In this document: piece after piece, positions 61,401-64,000 of the stretch
Numbering within the stretch: position 1 is the first letter of the stretch
Layout of the letters: the number at the start of each line of letters is the position of its first letter
Assembly (NCBI GenBank): GCA_964016885.1
Contig: OZ024754.1
Coordinates: 26,784,001-26,848,000, forward strand
Length of the DNA: 64,000 nucleotides
Direction: 5' to 3'
Origin: Eledone cirrhosa
Taxonomy: Eukaryota
Position numbers and translations under genes: made by a program
The notes under the pieces: model-generated
What the model was told of the DNA's origin: nothing
What the model saw: only the letters and a program-made list of their open reading frames with translations
The model's database searches: none

Positions 61401-64000
61401 AACACTACCATCACCAACACTACCATCACCAACCCTACCATCACCAACACTACCATCACCAACACTACCATCACCAACACTACCACCACCAACACTACCA
61501 CCACCAACACTACCATCACCAACACTACCACCACCAGCACTACCATCACCAACACTACCATCACCAACACTACCATCACCAACACTACCATCACTCACAT
61601 TATCATCACCAACCCTACCACCACCAACACTACCATCACCAACACTACCATCACCAACACTACCATCACTCACATTATCATCACCAACACTACCACCACC
61701 AACACCACCACCACCAACAGTACCATCACTCACATTATCATCACCAACACTACCATCACCAACACTACCATCACCAACACTACCACCACCAACACTACCA
61801 TCACCAACACTACCATCACCGACACTACCATCACTAACACTACCATCACCAACACTACCATCACCAACCCTACCACCACCAACCCTACCATCACCAACAC
61901 TACCATCACCAACACTACCATCACCAACCCTACCACCACCAACACTACCACCACCAACACTACCATCACCAACACTACCATCACCAACACTACCACCACC
62001 AACACTACCATCACCAACACTACCATCACCAACACTACCATCACCAACACTACCATCACCAACACTACCATCACCAACACTACCATCACCAACACTACCA
62101 TCACCAACACTACCACCACCAACACTACCATCACCAACACTACCATCACCAACACTACCATCACCAACACTACCACCACCAACACTACCATCACCAACAC
62201 TACCATCACCAACACTACCATCACCAACACTAACACCACCAACACTACCATCACCAACACTACCACCAACACTACCATCAACAACACTACCATCACCAAC
62301 CCTACCACCAACACTAGCATCACCAACACTACCACCAACACTAACACCACCAACACTACCATCACCAAACCTACCACCAACACTACCACCAACACTACCA
62401 CCACCAACACTACCATCACCAACACTACCATCACCAACACTACCATCACCGACCCTACCATCACCATCACTACCATCACCAACCCTACCATCACCAACAC
62501 TACCATCACCAACACTACCATCACCAACACTACCACCACCAACACTACCATCACCAACACTACCATCACCAACACTACCATCACCAACACTACCATCACC
62601 AACACTACCATCACCAACACTACCATCACCAACACTACCACCACCAACACTACCATCACCAACACTACCATCACCAACACTACCATCACCAACACTAACA
62701 CCACCAACACTACCATCACCAACACTACCACCAACACTACCATCAACAACACTACCATCACCAACCCTACCACCAACACTAGCATCACCAACACTACCAC
62801 CAACACTAACACCACCAACACTACCATCACAAAACCTACCACCAACACTACCACCAACACTACCACCACCAACACTACCATCACCAACACTACCATCACC
62901 AACACTACCATCACCGACCCTACCATCACCAACCTTACCACCACCAACACTACCATCACCAACCCTAACATCACCAACCCTACCATCACCAACACTACCA
63001 TCACCAACACTACCATCAGCAACCCTACCATCACCAACACAACCATCACTAACACTACCACCACCAACACTACCATCAGCAACACTACCATCACCATCAC
63101 TACCATCACCAACCCTACCATCACCAACACTACCATCACCAACACTACCATCACCAACACTACCATCACCAACACTACCACCACCAACACTACCAACACT
63201 ACCATCACCAACACTACCACCACCAACACTACCAACACTACCATCACCAACACTACCAACACTACCATCACCAACACTACCACCACCAACACTACCAACA
63301 CTACCATCACCAACACTACCACCACCAACACTACCATCACCAACCCTACCACCACCAACCCTAGCATCACCATCACTACCATCACCAACCCTACCATCAC
63401 CAACACTACCATCACCAACACTACCATCACCAACACTACCACCACCAACACTACTATCACCAACCTACCATCACCAACACTACCACCACCAACACTACCA
63501 TCACCAACACTACCACCACCAACACTACCAACACTACCATCACCAACACTACCACCACCAACACTACCAACACTACCATCACCAACACTACCACCACCAA
63601 CACTACCATCACTAACCCTACCACCACCAACACTACCATCACCAACACTACCATCACCAACACTAACACCAACACTACCATCACCAACACTACCATCACC
63701 AACCCTAACACAACACTACCATCACCAACACTACCATCACCAACCCTACCACCACCAACCCTACCATCACCATCACTACCATCACCAACCCTACCATCAC
63801 CAACACTACCATCACCAACACTACCATCACCAACACTACCACCACCAACACTACCATCACCAACCTACCATCACCAACACTACCACCACCAACACTACCA
63901 TCACCAACACTACCACCACCAACACTACCAACACTACCATCACCAACACTACCACCACCAACACTACCAACACTACCATCACCAACACTACCACCAACAA
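28492..64000. repeat. Giant tandem satellite, 15-bp consensus ACCATCACCAACACT, with 12/9-bp variants and higher-order repeats; runs off the window end
   Basis: Uninterrupted array of about 35.5 kb (roughly 2,400 units by length/15). The + strand is almost free of G. Confidence 0.98.

Noticed and set aside
28345-63711. Giant ORFs (VMVVL)n, (GDGSV)n, (PTLPS)n and (TNTTI)n as genes
   Set aside because: Several frames on both strands are open at once because of repeat composition. No TNTTI or GDGSV consensus codon can become a stop by one substitution. Frames break at indels and there are no unique N- or C-terminal domains.
28492-64000. Telomeric repeat or CRISPR array
   Set aside because: The unit is not TTAGGG-like, there are no unique spacers, and the context is eukaryotic.

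Overview
AT-rich animal genomic DNA, packed with microsatellites and retroelements. The repeat repertoire ((TA)n/(TACA)n tracts, Nin-type and CORE-like tRNA SINEs, R4/Dong and Penelope fragments) suggests an octopus or other coleoid cephalopod; this is an inference. Bases 1-28.2 kb hold nine + strand GT-AG exons whose phases chain into one stop-free 564-codon partial ORF. It encodes a probably secreted, N-glycosylated protein with repeated beta-sandwich-like modules, ending in the first part of an F5/8 type C (discoidin) domain. Start and stop lie outside what can be identified. The introns contain decayed Penelope-like elements, R4/Dong-clade LINE fragments, SINEs, several long palindromes and about eleven hammerhead-ribozyme motifs, some intact and some degenerate. 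From about 28.49 kb to the window end is one satellite of more than 35 kb, built on the 15-mer ACCATCACCAACACT with 12- and 9-bp variants and higher-order repeats. It most likely lies in the intron that interrupts the discoidin domain. The giant ORFs in the ORF track come from this repeat's composition.
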